A DNA stretch of 64,000 nucleotides from Gemmatimonadota bacterium (GCA_039589315.1 JBDHHQ010000013.1:147125-211124); one strand, 5' to 3'; shown: positions 48,451 through 58,574, counted from the first letter of the stretch. The notes: generated by a model from the letters alone, not told the origin. Numbers and translations: made by a program.

Positions 48451-48933
48451 AGCTCCGCGGAGGACGTCAGGCTACCCCCTCCTCGTCCTCCGTCGCGAGG
48501 CCGTTCAGCGCCTCGTGCATCCGCGCCGTCGACGGAGCGCGGGGCTTCCGAGCGAAGCACCGGCCCTTCCCAGAGCGCACCGGACAGGTGACGGCGGTTA
48601 CGTCAGCCCCTCTCACCTCGACTGGGCACTGCCAGCCGGCGGCTGCCGAGGACGAGGTGACACCCCTCAGTCCATCCCGTCCGCCACTGGAACTCGGCCC
48701 GCACCTGAAATGGTTCTTTCAGTTGAACGAATGAAGATAGGTAGGGCATGTCGAGGAAGTGCCGCGCCCAGGGGGGCCGCGGCGCTGGAATCCGTGGACG
48801 GGCGTCCCGGATCTAGAACCGGGGGGGTGTAAAGGACGTGGTGAGGGCGGGTGCAGTCGGAACGGACGAAACCAGAGTTGGCTGCTTTTCCGGAAACGCG
48901 GGGGTTGCGAAGCCCTCGAGCTGGGCACGGACT

Positions 48934-49341
48934 ATGTTCCGGACGTGCCTGTTGACCCTGATCCTCGGAGGATGCCAGTCCGCCGCAGGGAGCGCTGCGA
49001 GCGGCTACGGGCCCGGAGTGCCACCGTCCGACGGGCGGGAGGCCGAGTTCGTCGTCGAGAGCCAGATTCCGGGCCCGGTCCAGCTCTACGCGGTGTATGG
49101 GGCCCTTCGCGTCCGATTGGGGACGCTCACGGCCTGGCACCCCACGCGCTTTCCCGTTCCCATCGAGTTGATCGGCAAGGGCTCGGGTGTCCGGCTCCTG
49201 GCGCGCGCCGTGGGGGATCGACGGGAGGTCAGAACCGAGCCGTTCGCCGTGCAGACCGGCGACCGGGTCCTGTGGACCCTGTTGCAGCCCATCGAGAGCT
49301 CCGTCGCGACGCTACGGATCGAGTTCGGCGGACTCCTATGA
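48934..49341 (+). CDS. Hypothetical lipoprotein
   Basis: Lipobox LGGC; beta-rich mature part (RVRLG..., GDRVLW). Confidence 0.6.
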   Translation: MFRTCLLTLILGGCQSAAGSAASGYGPGVPPSDGREAEFVVESQIPGPVQLYAVYGALRVRLGTLTAWHPTRFPVPIELIGKGSGVRLLARAVGDRREVRTEPFAVQTGDRVLWTLLQPIESSVATLRIEFGGLL

Positions 49342-49402
49342 CGGCGCCGCTTGCCGACCCCACCGAGAAGCAGGTTGAGGCCAACAAGCCGCGGACCTGG
49401 CT

Positions 49403-51676
49403 TCACCCGCCCGGATGGTACTCCCGCTCGGTGTGCCCCTCGAGCTGCGAGCGGTAGAAGTAGACTTCCCGCAGGTTCCCGGTGCTGTACCGCTCGGCCT
49501 GGTCGTTGAAGTGCGGTGAGGCCGGGTCCCCGCTCTGGCCGCCGGCGGTGATGGCCCGGGCCCGGAGGGTGTCGCCGAACTCCACCACGGCCACGAAGCT
49601 GTTCCCGCTGGTGCCGTAGAGCTTCCTCGAGCCGTCGTGCCTCCGCGCGCCGAAGGAGGCCAGCGACCCCCAGCGGCCCGACGTGAAGCCCACGGGAATG
49701 CTCGGCCCCTCATCGTCGAACGGATGGTCGATGTCCCCAGTGAGACGCTGGTAGCGATTGATCTCGCCCCACGGCGTCCTCCAGCTGCCGAAGTCCTCTT
49801 CGAGCCGGTCGGATACCGCAGCCAGCGTTTCGAGCCGCTGCTCCGCCGAAGTTCGGGTGGCCATGTACTCGTAGACGGACACGCCGGCTGTCCGGGCATC
49901 GTCATTCACTTGCCGCATGAGCTCCTCTCCCCACAGCACCGCCAGCGCGGTGGGCACCGACTCTACCGACCACCGGTGGTCCCAGCCCCGCAATGCCTCG
50001 ATCTGCTCCCCCAACCCTTCCTTGAACGGGCTCGACGCGGGGGCCTGATCGTACGCCGCGACGAGGGAAGGAATGAGCTGCTCGAAAGCAGGAAGCTGGG
50101 TGGAGTACGCGGCCTGGATGAGGGAGCTCAGCGTGAAGTCGGCCTTGTTCTCGAGGACGCGGATCGCGTGAATCCCCCTGGGGTTCTCGCTGCCCCGGTC
50201 CATGTACGACGGAAAGTCCTCCGGTTCGGGGCTGTCGGGGCCGGCGGCCGAGTACGGCCAGTTGTTCGTGTTCTGGATCCAGCCCACGGACGGGTTCAGC
50301 GAGTTGGGGCTCTCCTCCACCGGGTGCACACCCTGCCAATCCGTGGTGGGGTCGCTACCGTCGACGGGCTCGTCCCAATCGAAGCGGGTGTCCCGCTCCG
50401 GCACGAAGTTGGAGTGGAAGTAGGCGATGTTGCCGTCGGCGTCGGCATAGACGGTGTTGTTGGAGGAGTTGGTGTGGAGCCGCAGCGTCTCCACGAAGTC
50501 GTTGAGCGACCGCGCCTTCGTCCGTAGGTAGGACTGGGTCAGCGCACTGGTGGGCTCCTCCATGAGCCGGATGCTCACCCATTTGCCGTCCTCCTCCCGG
50601 ACCACCGGGCCGTGATGGGTGCGGTAGACCGTGAACTCTCTCCGGGCCATGCCGGTGTCCGTCCTGTACGGGACCGTGACCCGCCTCGCCGTGATCGGTC
50701 GCTCCTCGTCGCCGTACAGGTAGTAGAAGGCGTCATCCCGCTCGACCACCGTCTCCAGATACTCGTCGATGTTGTCGACGCGGCTGGACGTGTGCATCCA
50801 ACCCGCGCGGTCGTTGAAGCCCTGATAGACGAAGAACTGACCCCAGGTCACGGCGCCGTAGGCGTTGAGCCCCTCGTTGCTGACCACGTGCACCTCGGCC
50901 CGGAAGAAGAACGAGGTATGGGGGTTGATGAGGAACAGGGCGTTACCGGAGGCGCTGTTGGAGGGCGCGATGGCGATGCCGTTGGACCCGGTGGGCTCCG
51001 GCAGGAACGCGCCCTCGGCCGACGGCGCGACCTCATCCGGGCCCACCCCAGCCTCGTCGGGGACCGGGCCGAGCCCCCCCGGCGCCATCCCACTGGCCAC
51101 GACCGATGCATCGCCTCGTTCCTCCACAGCCATATTCTCGGGACGACTGCCGTAGAATGCCTCGAGGTCATCCAGGTCCACGCGCTCGATGTCTCCGCCG
51201 ATGCTCCCCTCGCTGAACGTGAGGGCCATCCACGGCTCGAAGCGGGTGATGACGCGGGGCGTGACCTCGGGGTGGGCGTGCAGGTAGAAGTTCAGCCCAT
51301 CGGCCCACGCATCCATCAACGACTTGAGCAAGTCTGGGCTCGCCGCGTACTGCGCTCGCATGTCGTCGGGGTCGACGAAGAGCTTCATCCGGAGGTCCCG
51401 GTAGATCTCCTCCTCGCCCTCCGCCTCAGCTAGTCTGCCCTGAGAGTTGAGGAAGTTCGTCTCAACGCGATTGAAGTCGTCCTCCGCCTGGGCGTACATC
51501 AGCCCGAACACCGCGTCCGCATCCGTTTCGCCGTACACGTGGGGGATGCCCCAGTCATCCCGGATGATGGTCACGCGCTCGGCGCGCTGCTCCCACGCGG
51601 CCACCTCGGCGTTCGGCGCTTCTGGGGGTGAGCACGAGGCCCACGTCCATGCGAGGAGGAGGACGATCTTTCTCAT
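49403..51676 (-). CDS. Penicillin acylase family Ntn-hydrolase (acylase), exported
   Basis: IIRDDWGIPHVYG, YAQAED, nucleophile G-SNG, NPH, QNTN, GGQSGDPASPHFNDQA. Confidence 0.93.
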   Translation of the reverse strand: MRKIVLLLAWTWASCSPPEAPNAEVAAWEQRAERVTIIRDDWGIPHVYGETDADAVFGLMYAQAEDDFNRVETNFLNSQGRLAEAEGEEEIYRDLRMKLFVDPDDMRAQYAASPDLLKSLMDAWADGLNFYLHAHPEVTPRVITRFEPWMALTFSEGSIGGDIERVDLDDLEAFYGSRPENMAVEERGDASVVASGMAPGGLGPVPDEAGVGPDEVAPSAEGAFLPEPTGSNGIAIAPSNSASGNALFLINPHTSFFFRAEVHVVSNEGLNAYGAVTWGQFFVYQGFNDRAGWMHTSSRVDNIDEYLETVVERDDAFYYLYGDEERPITARRVTVPYRTDTGMARREFTVYRTHHGPVVREEDGKWVSIRLMEEPTSALTQSYLRTKARSLNDFVETLRLHTNSSNNTVYADADGNIAYFHSNFVPERDTRFDWDEPVDGSDPTTDWQGVHPVEESPNSLNPSVGWIQNTNNWPYSAAGPDSPEPEDFPSYMDRGSENPRGIHAIRVLENKADFTLSSLIQAAYSTQLPAFEQLIPSLVAAYDQAPASSPFKEGLGEQIEALRGWDHRWSVESVPTALAVLWGEELMRQVNDDARTAGVSVYEYMATRTSAEQRLETLAAVSDRLEEDFGSWRTPWGEINRYQRLTGDIDHPFDDEGPSIPVGFTSGRWGSLASFGARRHDGSRKLYGTSGNSFVAVVEFGDTLRARAITAGGQSGDPASPHFNDQAERYSTGNLREVYFYRSQLEGHTEREYHPGG

Positions 51677-51857
51677 GGCGTACGATCCGGCACAGGGATG
51701 GCCGGCTCCAGGTCGGCCGGGGTGAGCATTCTACGGGCGCCCACCCGGCGTGACCAGCCGCCTACCCGCGTGGCTCCCGGCCTCCTCACCCGCCGAGCTG
51801 AACCAAGACCCTCAGGGAGTCGATCGGCGAGTCCCTCGTATGCGTCGTCTCGCTATG

Positions 51858-51889
51858 TGTACTGTCCTGTATATATACGACACTGTACA
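51858..51889. promoter_or_regulatory. AT-rich imperfect palindrome, probable transcription-factor operator (GntR/YtrA-like)
   Basis: TGTAC-TGTC-CT-GTATATATAC-GACA-CT-GTACA in a high-GC divergent intergenic region. Confidence 0.5.
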
Positions 51890-51923
51890 GATGGGTCCCC
51901 ATCAACTCGAAGGAGGCCGCGGC

Positions 51924-52073
51924 ATGCTGTGAGTGTGCCTTGACGACGTCCGCGGACCCGCGCCGATCTGAGCCCTGAGGGCAGGATCCGGTGGCGGAAG
52001 TGACGCGGGGGTGGTACTTCGTGCACAGTGCTCCACCGTCCGCGGCCTGACGCCCATCCATCCCCCAGAGACC
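51924..52073 (+). pseudogene. Possible decayed GntR (YtrA-like) regulator remnant
   Basis: AAGGAGG RBS + ATG; frame reads ML*VCLDDVRGPAPI*...GVVLR...STVRGL..IHP with two TGA stops, loosely matching a YtrA N-terminus. Confidence 0.3.
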
Positions 52074-53261
52074 ATGAAGACACTCGAGTCCGCAGCTCCC
52101 AACGTCCTCCTCGCTCTGCTCCTCACGGCAGTCGCCCCGCTCGTCGCGGCTCCCGCGGCTGCGTCGCAGGGCGGCAGCGCGCGAGGCGACGCCGGGACCG
52201 ATCAGGATGCTCAGGCACGGCACTTCGTGGCGTCGACCCCGGAGAACACGAGCTGGGGCTGGTATCCCGTCGACAAGCCCCCGGTGCTCACCGTCCGACC
52301 CGGAGAGACCGTCCGCATCAACACCCTGACCCACGCGGGTGCCGTGCAGGACGCCGAGCCCGTCGCCTACCTCGCTGAGCTCGGCGTCAGCCGCGACGAG
52401 ATCCTCGACGACATGCTGGAATTCTGGGCATCGAGGGAGGGGCGCTCGAGGGAAGGACGCAGCGGACACGTGATCACGGGGCCCATCTTCATCGAGGGAG
52501 CCGAGGCGGGCGACATGCTGGAGGTCCAGATCCTGGACGTCGAGACCCGGACGTCGTGGGGCGTCAACAACACGAGTCCCCGGGGCGGCGTGTTCTCTCC
52601 CAGCTATCCCGGAGCCCGCCCAGACGACGCAGAGCTGGACATGGCGCCCACCCGGCACCTGATTCGAACGGGCGCGGCCGGCGGGCGACAGGTGGCCTTC
52701 TTCTCGGACGACATCCAGGTGCCGTTGGCACCCTTCTTCGGCATCCTGGCCGTGGCCCCCGATCCGGTCGTGGGCGAGCCCGGCGTCACGGTTCCGGGAG
52801 TCCAGGGCTCGCGGCCGCCCGGCGCCTTCGGCGGCAACCTGGACGTGAAGGACCTCACCGCGGGCACGTCGGTGTACCTACCTGTCTTCCACCCGGGCGC
52901 GCTCTTCTACGTGGGTGATCCCCACAGCGCCCAGGGTGACGGGGAGGTCAGCGGCACCGCCATCGAGCAGTCCCTCAGCGGCGTCTTCCGGTTTGTCGTT
53001 CACAAGGACGCGACGATCTCCGGCCCGAGGGCCGAGACCGACACGCACTACCTGATCATGGGCATCGATCTGGACCTGGACCGTGCGGCCCAGAAGGCCA
53101 CCCGAGAGGTCGTCGACTTCCTGGTAGCGGAAAAGGGCATGACACCGGACAAGGCGCTCTCCCTGGCCAGCATCGCGGTGGACTTCCGGGTCAGCGAGGT
53201 GGTCGATCTGACCCAGGTCGTGACAGGCTTCATCCCGAAGGCCGTCTTTCTCGAGCGCTAG
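52074..53261 (+). CDS. Acetamidase/formamidase family protein with signal peptide
   Basis: GHVITGPIFIEGAEAGD, GGNLD, GDPHSAQGDGEVSGTAIE. Confidence 0.92.
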   Translation: MKTLESAAPNVLLALLLTAVAPLVAAPAAASQGGSARGDAGTDQDAQARHFVASTPENTSWGWYPVDKPPVLTVRPGETVRINTLTHAGAVQDAEPVAYLAELGVSRDEILDDMLEFWASREGRSREGRSGHVITGPIFIEGAEAGDMLEVQILDVETRTSWGVNNTSPRGGVFSPSYPGARPDDAELDMAPTRHLIRTGAAGGRQVAFFSDDIQVPLAPFFGILAVAPDPVVGEPGVTVPGVQGSRPPGAFGGNLDVKDLTAGTSVYLPVFHPGALFYVGDPHSAQGDGEVSGTAIEQSLSGVFRFVVHKDATISGPRAETDTHYLIMGIDLDLDRAAQKATREVVDFLVAEKGMTPDKALSLASIAVDFRVSEVVDLTQVVTGFIPKAVFLER

Positions 53262-53270
53262 GGCCCAGGG

Positions 53271-53786
53271 TCAGCGAACGAGCTCCTCGGGAATCGGATC
53301 ATCGGGCGACTCGAAATCGGTAGTGATCGCCGCGATCCACCAGCGCTCCCCGTCGTGTACCAGCTCGATGCTGTCCAAGCCCCGGCCTCGCATCGGCGAC
53401 TGCGGTGGGCCCAGGCGAGGCTCGAAGATCACGAAGGCGTGTGCGATGCTTCCGAAGGACCGAACCGCCATGCCCCCGATCGTCTCCGTGAAGCCGGTGC
53501 TCTCCAACCCGGCCTCGCGGAAGAACTCCTCCCAGTCCCGTATGAACGCGTCCACGTCCATCACCCGCATCGGCTGGCTCCCCCGAGGCGAGAAGACCAG
53601 CACCGCCTCCTCCAGAAAGACGGCGCGGAACATTTCCCAGTCCGGCTCGGGGCCGGGTCCGAACGAGACCATGTCGTAGAGAGCCTCGATGAGGCCCTCG
53701 GGGGTATGAGCCGCCTCCTGTAGGTCGGGCGGCGGCGCGACCAGGGCCAGGGCCAAGGTGAGCACTGCCGGAACGGGCGTCATCAT
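53271..53786 (-). CDS. Exported NTF2-like hypothetical protein
   Basis: Signal peptide; ALYDMVS, FGSIAHAF, RGLDSIELVHDGERWWI. Confidence 0.75.
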   Translation of the reverse strand: MMTPVPAVLTLALALVAPPPDLQEAAHTPEGLIEALYDMVSFGPGPEPDWEMFRAVFLEEAVLVFSPRGSQPMRVMDVDAFIRDWEEFFREAGLESTGFTETIGGMAVRSFGSIAHAFVIFEPRLGPPQSPMRGRGLDSIELVHDGERWWIAAITTDFESPDDPIPEELVR

Positions 53787-53810
53787 ATCTCCTTGGTAGG
53801 CGGGCCGGCC

Positions 53811-54020
53811 TCAGCTCGTCGTCTCGTCGACGACGACCCCGATGGCAGCCAATCCAGCAGGCAGCACGTTCGCTCGACGCGCGATCCACGCCGCGCCGAC
53901 CAGCCACCCGCCGATCGGCACCATCTTCATGAAGTCCCCGGAGAGCGGCAGGTGGAGGGCATCCCCTGCGATCATCGGCCGGCACGACACCCAGGGCCAG
54001 GAGGCCCGCCAGCTCCGGGC
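53811..54020 (-). pseudogene. Possible membrane-protein gene fragment
   Basis: Hydrophobic LAGLLALGVVP continues after a frame change as MIAGDALH...GGWLVGAAWIARRANVLPAGLAAIGVV. Confidence 0.25.
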
Positions 54021-54028
54021 TGCCCCAC

Positions 54029-55264
54029 TCAGGGCGTCACGTTCCTGTAGACCACGCCACTCTTCATCACGAAGACCACGCGACGCAGGGCGGTGATGTC
54101 CTCGGCCGGGTTGCCGTCCATGGCGATGAGGTCCGCCTGGAAGCCCGGCGCCAGCGTGCCGATCCGGTCGGCCATGCCCAGCGACTCCGCCGCCAGAGAA
54201 GTCGCCGAGACGATGGCCGCCATGGGATCCTGCCCGCCCACCTCGACGCGGTAGATGAGCTCCTCCCAGTTGCGGCCATGGCTGCCGGCCAACGCGTCCG
54301 TGCCGAAGACGATCTTCAGGTCGGGCCGTGCCAGCGCCTCGGCAAACACCGCGCGCATGCCCTCCAACAGCTGCTCCATGTGCTGGAACCCTTCCTCGGT
54401 GTAGTTGCCGATGCCGAGAAAGCGCTCCTTGTTGTCCAGGTAGTTCTGGATCACCAGCGACGTGTGTGGATCGTAGAACACCCCCGCGGCGGCCATGGCG
54501 CCGAGCGCCTCGGCGTTGGCGAGTCCCCCGTGCTCCAGCGTCGTGCACTCGGCCCGTGCCGTGCGCATGGCGGCTTCGGCTGCATGGGCGTGCACGACCG
54601 AGCGCACCCCCAGGCGGCGCGCTTCGTCACAGGCAGCCGAGAGTTGATCCTGGCCGAGCGTCGGCACGCCGCCCTCGCGGATGCTCTTCGAGGCGAAGAT
54701 CTTCACGGCGTCGGCTCCGGACTCGATCCGCTCTCGGACCCCCGCCCGGAGCTCGTCCGGCGTCCCCTCGGTGATCCACTCGTAGGTGGTGAGCAACCGC
54801 GGACCCGGCAGGACCCCCCGCGCGATGGCGTCCCGCACCGGACCGTCGATGCGGGCGCCCATGCTCTGCACGGTGGTGATCCCGGACATGAGCGTCACGT
54901 AGGCGTTTTCGGCCACGTACAGCGCAAGCGTCTCCCTCGACTCCGGGCTGTCGTCCCGCGCCCTGTGCACCCGTCCGTCGGCGTCGAAGTGCGACGCGAT
55001 GTGCACGTGTGTGTCGACTCCCCCCGGCATCACCGTGAGGCTCGACAGATCGTAGGTCGGCTCCCGGGACGACTCGCCGTCGACACTGGCGATCACCGGT
55101 CCCTCGATCACCAGCGTCGAGGCCCCCAGCGCATTACCCTGCCCGTCCATCACTTCGCCGGCGCGGATCACGATCGGCTCCTGGGCGAGCACCGTCGGCG
55201 GCACCACGAGGAGCAGGGTCAGCGCAGTCGCAGCTGACCTCGGAGCTGGTCGGGTCGTCGTCAT
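54029..55264 (-). CDS. Amidohydrolase family protein (Xaa-Pro dipeptidase-like), exported
   Basis: PGGVDTHVH, GADAVK, HAH, LEHG, FGTD, ADLI; signal peptide. Confidence 0.9.
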   Translation of the reverse strand: MTTTRPAPRSAATALTLLLVVPPTVLAQEPIVIRAGEVMDGQGNALGASTLVIEGPVIASVDGESSREPTYDLSSLTVMPGGVDTHVHIASHFDADGRVHRARDDSPESRETLALYVAENAYVTLMSGITTVQSMGARIDGPVRDAIARGVLPGPRLLTTYEWITEGTPDELRAGVRERIESGADAVKIFASKSIREGGVPTLGQDQLSAACDEARRLGVRSVVHAHAAEAAMRTARAECTTLEHGGLANAEALGAMAAAGVFYDPHTSLVIQNYLDNKERFLGIGNYTEEGFQHMEQLLEGMRAVFAEALARPDLKIVFGTDALAGSHGRNWEELIYRVEVGGQDPMAAIVSATSLAAESLGMADRIGTLAPGFQADLIAMDGNPAEDITALRRVVFVMKSGVVYRNVTP

Positions 55265-55307
55265 CGAGCGAGCCTCCGCACGTGTCTCTCCTTCGCCGGT
55301 GTGTCCG

Positions 55308-58300
55308 CTATCCTTCGGGCGCGACCAACACCGTCGTCTCGTCCCAGGGGTCCAGCGGCTCGAGCCCGAGCCGCTCCAGCTCGCCGTTCACCGCGGCCAG
55401 CTCGTTGGCCCAGATCGCGTCCAGCCGAGTCGTGTGGCCCTCGAGCTCGTCGACCATGATCTGGAATACCTCGCGCATCCCGTCGTTGGGCTGTCCGTCG
55501 CCCCGTTCCACCATCGACAGCAGGTTGGCCAGGCGGTTGTTCACCTTGATGGGGAAGTTGAGCGGGTCCTGATTCGACCGGTTCCTGACCTGGTAGATGT
55601 CAGCCTCCACCTCGCCGGCCTGGATCAGGAATTCGTGGGCGGCTTCTCGCAGGCCCGGGTCCTCCGAGCTCTCCAGGCGCTCCATGAGCTGCGTACGGGC
55701 CCGCCGGATCTGCACAACGGACGAATTGGCCGCGTTGACCTCCTCCCAGATCTCGCGGCTGAAGGCGTACTGGACACGGAGATCTTCATCCGCCACATCC
55801 GTGATCCACGGATGGCGGCGGATCTCGACTTGCGTGGTCTCGATGTGCTCGTCGGCGGTGAGACGCGCGGTGTACGTGCCGGGTGGCAGAGTGGGTGCGA
55901 TCGCGGATCGGACTCCCCAGAGGATCATGCCGGGGAAGGCCACGGCCTGTTGCCCGCGCAGATCCCACTGCACATGGTTCAGACCGGCCTGGGCCGGGAT
56001 GGTCTGGGGAGCCCAGCGGTCCCGTTCTTCCTCGTCGTCGTCGTCATCCTCCCCATCCTCGTGCTCCTCGTCCTCCGCGTGCGCCTCCTCATCCTGTTCT
56101 GCCGCCGTGGCCTCGTGCGCCTCCTCGGCCTCGAACGTACGAAGCACCTCACCGCTGGAATCCAGGATCTCCAGCATCGCCTCTTCCGGCGCCTCGGCCA
56201 GCCACCAGGACAGCGTCACGCCATTGGCCGACCGGTACGCGACGGGGGGATCGAACAGGACCACATCCTGGGTGGTGGTCGTCGCGCTGAGCTGCCTGAG
56301 CGGCGCCATGTTGTCCAAGACCCAGAAGCCCCGGCCATGGCTGGCGATGGCAAGCTCGTTGTGCTCGACCATGAGGTCCACGACAGGAATGTCCGCGAAC
56401 CCGGGATTCAGCTCCTGCCAGTTGGCGCCGTCATCGTACGAGATGTAGACGCCGTGCTGGGTCGCGGCGTAGAGGAGCCCCTCACGGTTCGGATCCTCAC
56501 GGACCGCGTGCACATAGGCGTCCTGCCGTATGCCGTCCACGATCTTCGTCCAGGTCTGACCGTAGTCGTCTGACCTCCAGACATGGGGCGCGAAGTCGTC
56601 CAGGAGGGGTCGTCGAACCGAGAGGTACGCCTTACCCGCCTGGAAGGCCGACGCGTCGATCATGCTGACCCGGCCAAAGTCGGGCATGTCGGGCGGGGTC
56701 ACGTTGTCCCACGTCTGGCCTCCGTCCCGAGTCACGTGGACCAGGCCGTCGTCGGAGCCCGTCCAGATCTCGTTGATGTCCACCTTGCCCGGTCCCACGC
56801 TGAAGATGGTGGCGTAGACCTCCGGACCGTTCATGTCGCCCGTGATCGGCCCGCCCGAATGGCCCAGTGTCATTGGATCGGCCCGGGTCAAGTCACCGCT
56901 CAGCGCCTCCCAAGAGTTGCCGCCGTCTGTGGTACGCCAGAGGCGCTGGGACGACGTGTACAGGACGTTGGGATCCACGGGCGAGAAGATGATGGGGAAG
57001 GTCCACTGCCACCGCTCCACCATGTCGATGGCCGGCTCGCCGGAGTAGAACCAGGGGTACGGGTTCACCTCCCGCGCCGTGCCCAGCCGTCGGTTGTACT
57101 TGTCGATGTAGCGGCCGTTGTTGACACCGGCGTAGTAGATGTCCAGATCCTGCGGATCCGGCGCGATGTACCCCGGCTCGCCGCCGCCCACCCGGTACGC
57201 CACCTCCATGGAGCCCTCGGTCACGGTCCGGGGCTCTTGTCCAAAACCGCCACCGCCCGTGCCGAATCCGGCCCGGCCGGCATTCCACGCGGACGGCAGG
57301 CAGAGTGTGCTGTTGTCTTGCTGCGATCCGCATACGTGGAAGGGGACGTGGGCGCTGGTGACGACCTTGTAGAACTGGGACGTCGAGAATTCCTGGTCCG
57401 TCCATTGGCTGCCGGTCGTGAAGCTGACTGCGCCGCCCCCGTCGTTCCCGACCACCAGGTGGTCCGGGTCGTCGGGATCGATCCAGAAGTCGTGGAAGTC
57501 GCCGTGGGTCCCGTTGTTGATGACCTCGGTGGTCTCACCGCCGTCGGTGGAGTGGAAGAGAGACGTGTTCTGCATGTAGACCACGTCCTCGTCCTGGTGG
57601 TCCGCAAACACGTGGGTGTAGTAGAAGGCCCGCTGACGGATGGCCCGCTCGGCGTTCACGAGCTCCCAGGTCTCGCCCGCGTCGTCACTGCGGAAAAGCC
57701 CGCCGTCGTCATGCTCGAACAGGGCGTACACCCGGCTGGAGTTGGCGCTGGACACGGCCAGGCCGATGCGGCCCACGACTCCTTCCTGAGGCATCCCTGG
57801 GGCCCGGGTGATCTCGGTCCAGGTCTCGCCACCGTCGGTGCTCTTGAACATGCCGGAGCCCGGCCCACCCGAAGAGGCCGTGTACTCCTTGCGGAAGGCC
57901 TGCCAAAGGGACGCGTACATGACGTCCGGGTTGTTCCGGTCGATGGCGATGTCGATGGCGCCAGTCTCGTCGTCCCGGTATAGCACGTTCCGCCACGTGT
58001 CGCCGCCGTCGGTGCTCTTGAAGACGCCCCGTTCCTCGCTGGGCACGCTGTATTTCCCGAATGAGGCGACGAAGATGACGTCCGGATCGTCGGGGTGGAT
58101 GCGGATCTTGGAGATGCCGTGTGAGTCCCGGAAGCCGACGTGCTCCCACGTCTCCCCAGCGTCGCGGCTCCGGTACACGCCGTCCCCCGGCATGATATTG
58201 CCGCGGATACACGTCTCACCGGTACCGATGAAGAGCAGGTCGGGGTCGGTCTCGCTCACAGCCACGGCGCCCACCGACGCCGCCGTGATCTTGAAGTCCG

Positions 58301-58574
58301 TCACCGGGCCCCAATTCTCCCCGCCGTCAGAGGTCTTCCAGAGCCCACCGCCGACGGCGCCGAAGTAGGCCTCCATCGGACGCCCCTTCACGCCACTCAC
58401 GGCGATGGAGCGTCCGCCGCGGTCAGGACCGAGGTTGCGCCAGGCGTAGCCGGCCAGGAACGCGGAGTCCAGGGTGACCTCCTGAGCCGCGAGAACGGAG
58501 GGCGCCGCGGGTAGCGTCATGGCGAGGACGGTGAGCGCCGCCAGCGAGGAGTCGCGGAGTCGTTTGGCGTACAT
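55308..58574 (-). CDS. Vps10/BNR repeat glycosyl hydrolase-like protein (paralog of 36064-39216)
   Basis: GPDRGGRS, many Asp boxes (STDGGETW), HGDFHDFWIDP, QQDN. Confidence 0.85.
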   Translation of the reverse strand: MYAKRLRDSSLAALTVLAMTLPAAPSVLAAQEVTLDSAFLAGYAWRNLGPDRGGRSIAVSGVKGRPMEAYFGAVGGGLWKTSDGGENWGPVTDFKITAASVGAVAVSETDPDLLFIGTGETCIRGNIMPGDGVYRSRDAGETWEHVGFRDSHGISKIRIHPDDPDVIFVASFGKYSVPSEERGVFKSTDGGDTWRNVLYRDDETGAIDIAIDRNNPDVMYASLWQAFRKEYTASSGGPGSGMFKSTDGGETWTEITRAPGMPQEGVVGRIGLAVSSANSSRVYALFEHDDGGLFRSDDAGETWELVNAERAIRQRAFYYTHVFADHQDEDVVYMQNTSLFHSTDGGETTEVINNGTHGDFHDFWIDPDDPDHLVVGNDGGGAVSFTTGSQWTDQEFSTSQFYKVVTSAHVPFHVCGSQQDNSTLCLPSAWNAGRAGFGTGGGGFGQEPRTVTEGSMEVAYRVGGGEPGYIAPDPQDLDIYYAGVNNGRYIDKYNRRLGTAREVNPYPWFYSGEPAIDMVERWQWTFPIIFSPVDPNVLYTSSQRLWRTTDGGNSWEALSGDLTRADPMTLGHSGGPITGDMNGPEVYATIFSVGPGKVDINEIWTGSDDGLVHVTRDGGQTWDNVTPPDMPDFGRVSMIDASAFQAGKAYLSVRRPLLDDFAPHVWRSDDYGQTWTKIVDGIRQDAYVHAVREDPNREGLLYAATQHGVYISYDDGANWQELNPGFADIPVVDLMVEHNELAIASHGRGFWVLDNMAPLRQLSATTTTQDVVLFDPPVAYRSANGVTLSWWLAEAPEEAMLEILDSSGEVLRTFEAEEAHEATAAEQDEEAHAEDEEHEDGEDDDDDEEERDRWAPQTIPAQAGLNHVQWDLRGQQAVAFPGMILWGVRSAIAPTLPPGTYTARLTADEHIETTQVEIRRHPWITDVADEDLRVQYAFSREIWEEVNAANSSVVQIRRARTQLMERLESSEDPGLREAAHEFLIQAGEVEADIYQVRNRSNQDPLNFPIKVNNRLANLLSMVERGDGQPNDGMREVFQIMVDELEGHTTRLDAIWANELAAVNGELERLGLEPLDPWDETTVLVAPEG

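Noticed and set aside
48467..48750. Possible PadR-like C-terminal remnant and CTGAAA-N6-TTTCAG palindrome on the minus strand
   Set aside because: Needs several frameshifts, and the arms are only 6 bp; too weak to support
51867..51890. CTGTATATATAC as a LexA SOS box
   Set aside because: No CTG-N10-CAG spacing; no DNA repair gene adjacent
51930..51971. In-frame TGA codons as selenocysteine readthrough into the acetamidase
   Set aside because: Positions do not correspond to catalytic Cys, and the acetamidase has its own ATG and signal peptide; gene decay is the simpler explanation
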